Virus record (IMG/VR): IMGVR_UViG_3300035498_000616
DNA: 64,000 nucleotides
Origin: an uncultured virus (IMG/VR IMGVR_UViG_3300035498_000616)
Taxonomy: Duplodnaviria > Heunggongvirae > Uroviricota > Caudoviricetes
Direction: 5' to 3' (one strand)
Numbering within the stretch: the first letter of the stretch is position 1; each line of letters starts with the position of its first letter. Made by a program: the position numbers and the translations under genes. Of this stretch, positions 62,966 to 64,000 are shown piece after piece. The notes under the pieces are model-generated. The model searched no databases, was not told the DNA's origin, and saw only the letters and a list, made by a program, of their open reading frames with translations.

Positions 62966-63384
62966 TATAAATCGTTTGGATTGTTTTTGATTCTGTGTTC
63001 ACAAGTAAAATTGTAACACTTTATACCGTTTAAATATGCAACTTTTGATTTTAGTTCTGCAATTTCGTTACACTTTGCAGAAATAGCTTTGGATTTCTCT
63101 AACATTATACTTTCAACTTGTTCTCTTACCTGTGAAATTTGTTTACGGAATTCTGCTTCCAACTCATGATAATCTTTTATATATTTATCACAAGTTTTCT
63201 ACAAATAATCATACTAATCCTATCGTAAATCCGTTATCTTTTGCTAAACCTCGACTTCCGAGTTCTCTGCCTCTGCTGCAATTTTTCTGTTTTTACTTTT
63301 AAATGTAAAAATATAAGTTATTGTTGCTCCGAGTCCTCCACTTCCAATAATGGCTAAAATCCATTCTAAAAGCTACTATTCCAT
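62965..63384 (-). CDS. membrane-anchored coiled-coil protein, putative holin/lysis protein, 139 aa (TAG=Gln)
   Basis: ME(Q)(Q)LLEWILAIIGSGGLGATITYIFTF (one TM helix), then a coiled coil and a C-terminal CYNFTC. Confidence 0.62.
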
Positions 63385-63391
63385 AAAAAAC

Positions 63392-63422
63392 TAAAAATAG
63401 CAGGGAATTTCACCCTGCTATT
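63392..63422 (-). terminator. intrinsic terminator after the capsid-associated gene
   Basis: ATAGCAGGG-tgaaatt-CCCTGCTAT followed by a T-run on the minus strand. Confidence 0.78.
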
Positions 63423-63428
63423 AATTTA

Positions 63429-64000
63429 TTACGCATTTAATTCATCATCTTCAGAAGTTGCTTCGCTAGCTACTTCTTCATCAGACGGTTTTTCAGCTGA
63501 AAGTACAATGTCACCAATGGTACCAAGAGCTTCTTCCCATGCTTTAATTAAATCCTCATCGTGTTTAACCCAGAATACGTGAGTAGTATAGCTAGTCAAT
63601 CTCTGACCAACAGCCTGCAAACCATCGTTAGTGGCAGGAGAACACTGCTCGATAATATACTGATCGTAGATAGCTCCAATAATCGGAGTTTCTGCGGTAA
63701 GAATGTGAGTCCAATTAGTATGCTCAGCGGTCGGCAAGCGAAGATCTTTAACAAGCTGTGAATAAGTACCAAAAGAATTGTAACCTCTGTTTACTAACAC
63801 AACATCTTCAATATCTTCATCAGTCGGATCAAGATATGCAACTAAATCTGCATATTCAGCAGTTTCATCAAATACCTCGATGCCAATTTTAGCAAAACGC
63901 TGATATTCACCAGTACCAGTGAGAATCAATTTAGTACCGTCTGCTTCAACATCCAAAAGTTCTTTGTCGTGAAGGAAAGTACCACTCTTCTTCAATTCTT
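63429..64000 (-). CDS. partial capsid-associated structural protein (5' end outside window)
   Basis: Open frame to the window edge; FGTYSQLVKDLRLPT...YDQYII...TTHVFWV resembles the conserved gene downstream of the major capsid protein in crAss-like phages (synteny-based). Confidence 0.65.
   Translation of the reverse strand, partial: ELKKSGTFLHDKELLDVEADGTKLILTGTGEYQRFAKIGIEVFDETAEYADLVAYLDPTDEDIEDVVLVNRGYNSFGTYSQLVKDLRLPTAEHTNWTHILTAETPIIGAIYDQYIIEQCSPATNDGLQAVGQRLTSYTTHVFWVKHDEDLIKAWEEALGTIGDIVLSAEKPSDEEVASEATSEDDELNA

Noticed and set aside
11454..63384. Minus-strand block as pseudogenes, a decayed prophage or sequencing errors
   Set aside because: The interruptions checked are all TAG, frames never shift within genes, and catalytic motifs are intact, which fits recoding rather than decay.
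12747..63761. Short plus-strand ORFs in the late block (e.g. 31962-32291, 48934-49353, 54329-54541, 63561-63761)
   Set aside because: They lie antisense to long recoded genes and have the S/F/L/I-rich composition typical of shadow frames.
1..64000. CRISPR array, tRNA genes (including an amber suppressor) or a reverse transcriptase/DGR
   Set aside because: By eye I saw no regularly spaced repeats, cloverleaf/T-loop signatures or RT motifs, and there is almost no intergenic space. A tRNAscan-SE run would be needed to exclude tRNAs formally.

Overview
AT-rich fragment of a crAss-like (Crassvirales-type, probably Bacteroidota-infecting) phage genome with two convergent gene blocks that meet at a bidirectional terminator (~11411-11456). 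The + strand block (1-11408) is an early/replication module readable in the standard code. It holds a family B DNA polymerase split by three group I introns (two carry GIY-YIG homing endonucleases, one a nuclease-less NUMOD1 ORF), an RNA ligase, a polynucleotide-kinase-like protein, ThyX, a DUF3310-like protein and small hypotheticals. The - strand block (11454-64000) looks shattered in the ORF track, but the breaks I checked are all TAG. Reading TAG as Gln restores about 19 tightly packed genes: capsid-associated, tail ring/stabilisation and IHF-like proteins, a putative holin, a lytic transglycosylase, virion cargo proteins, and four giant virion RNA polymerase-cluster proteins (3035, 3621, 882 and 1528 aa) with SF1 helicase, DxDxD RNAP, zincin and PD-(D/E)xK motifs. 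Less familiar signals are cysteines at both ends of consecutive giant proteins joined by in-frame TAA-TAT-ATG junctions, a recurrent K-F/Y-Q-x-G-G motif in the cargo proteins, TAG-free islands in the recoded block, and a membrane-like insert in a tail protein. I saw no tRNA or CRISPR array. Recoded gene boundaries come from frame arithmetic and manual spot translation, not an exhaustive codon-by-codon check.
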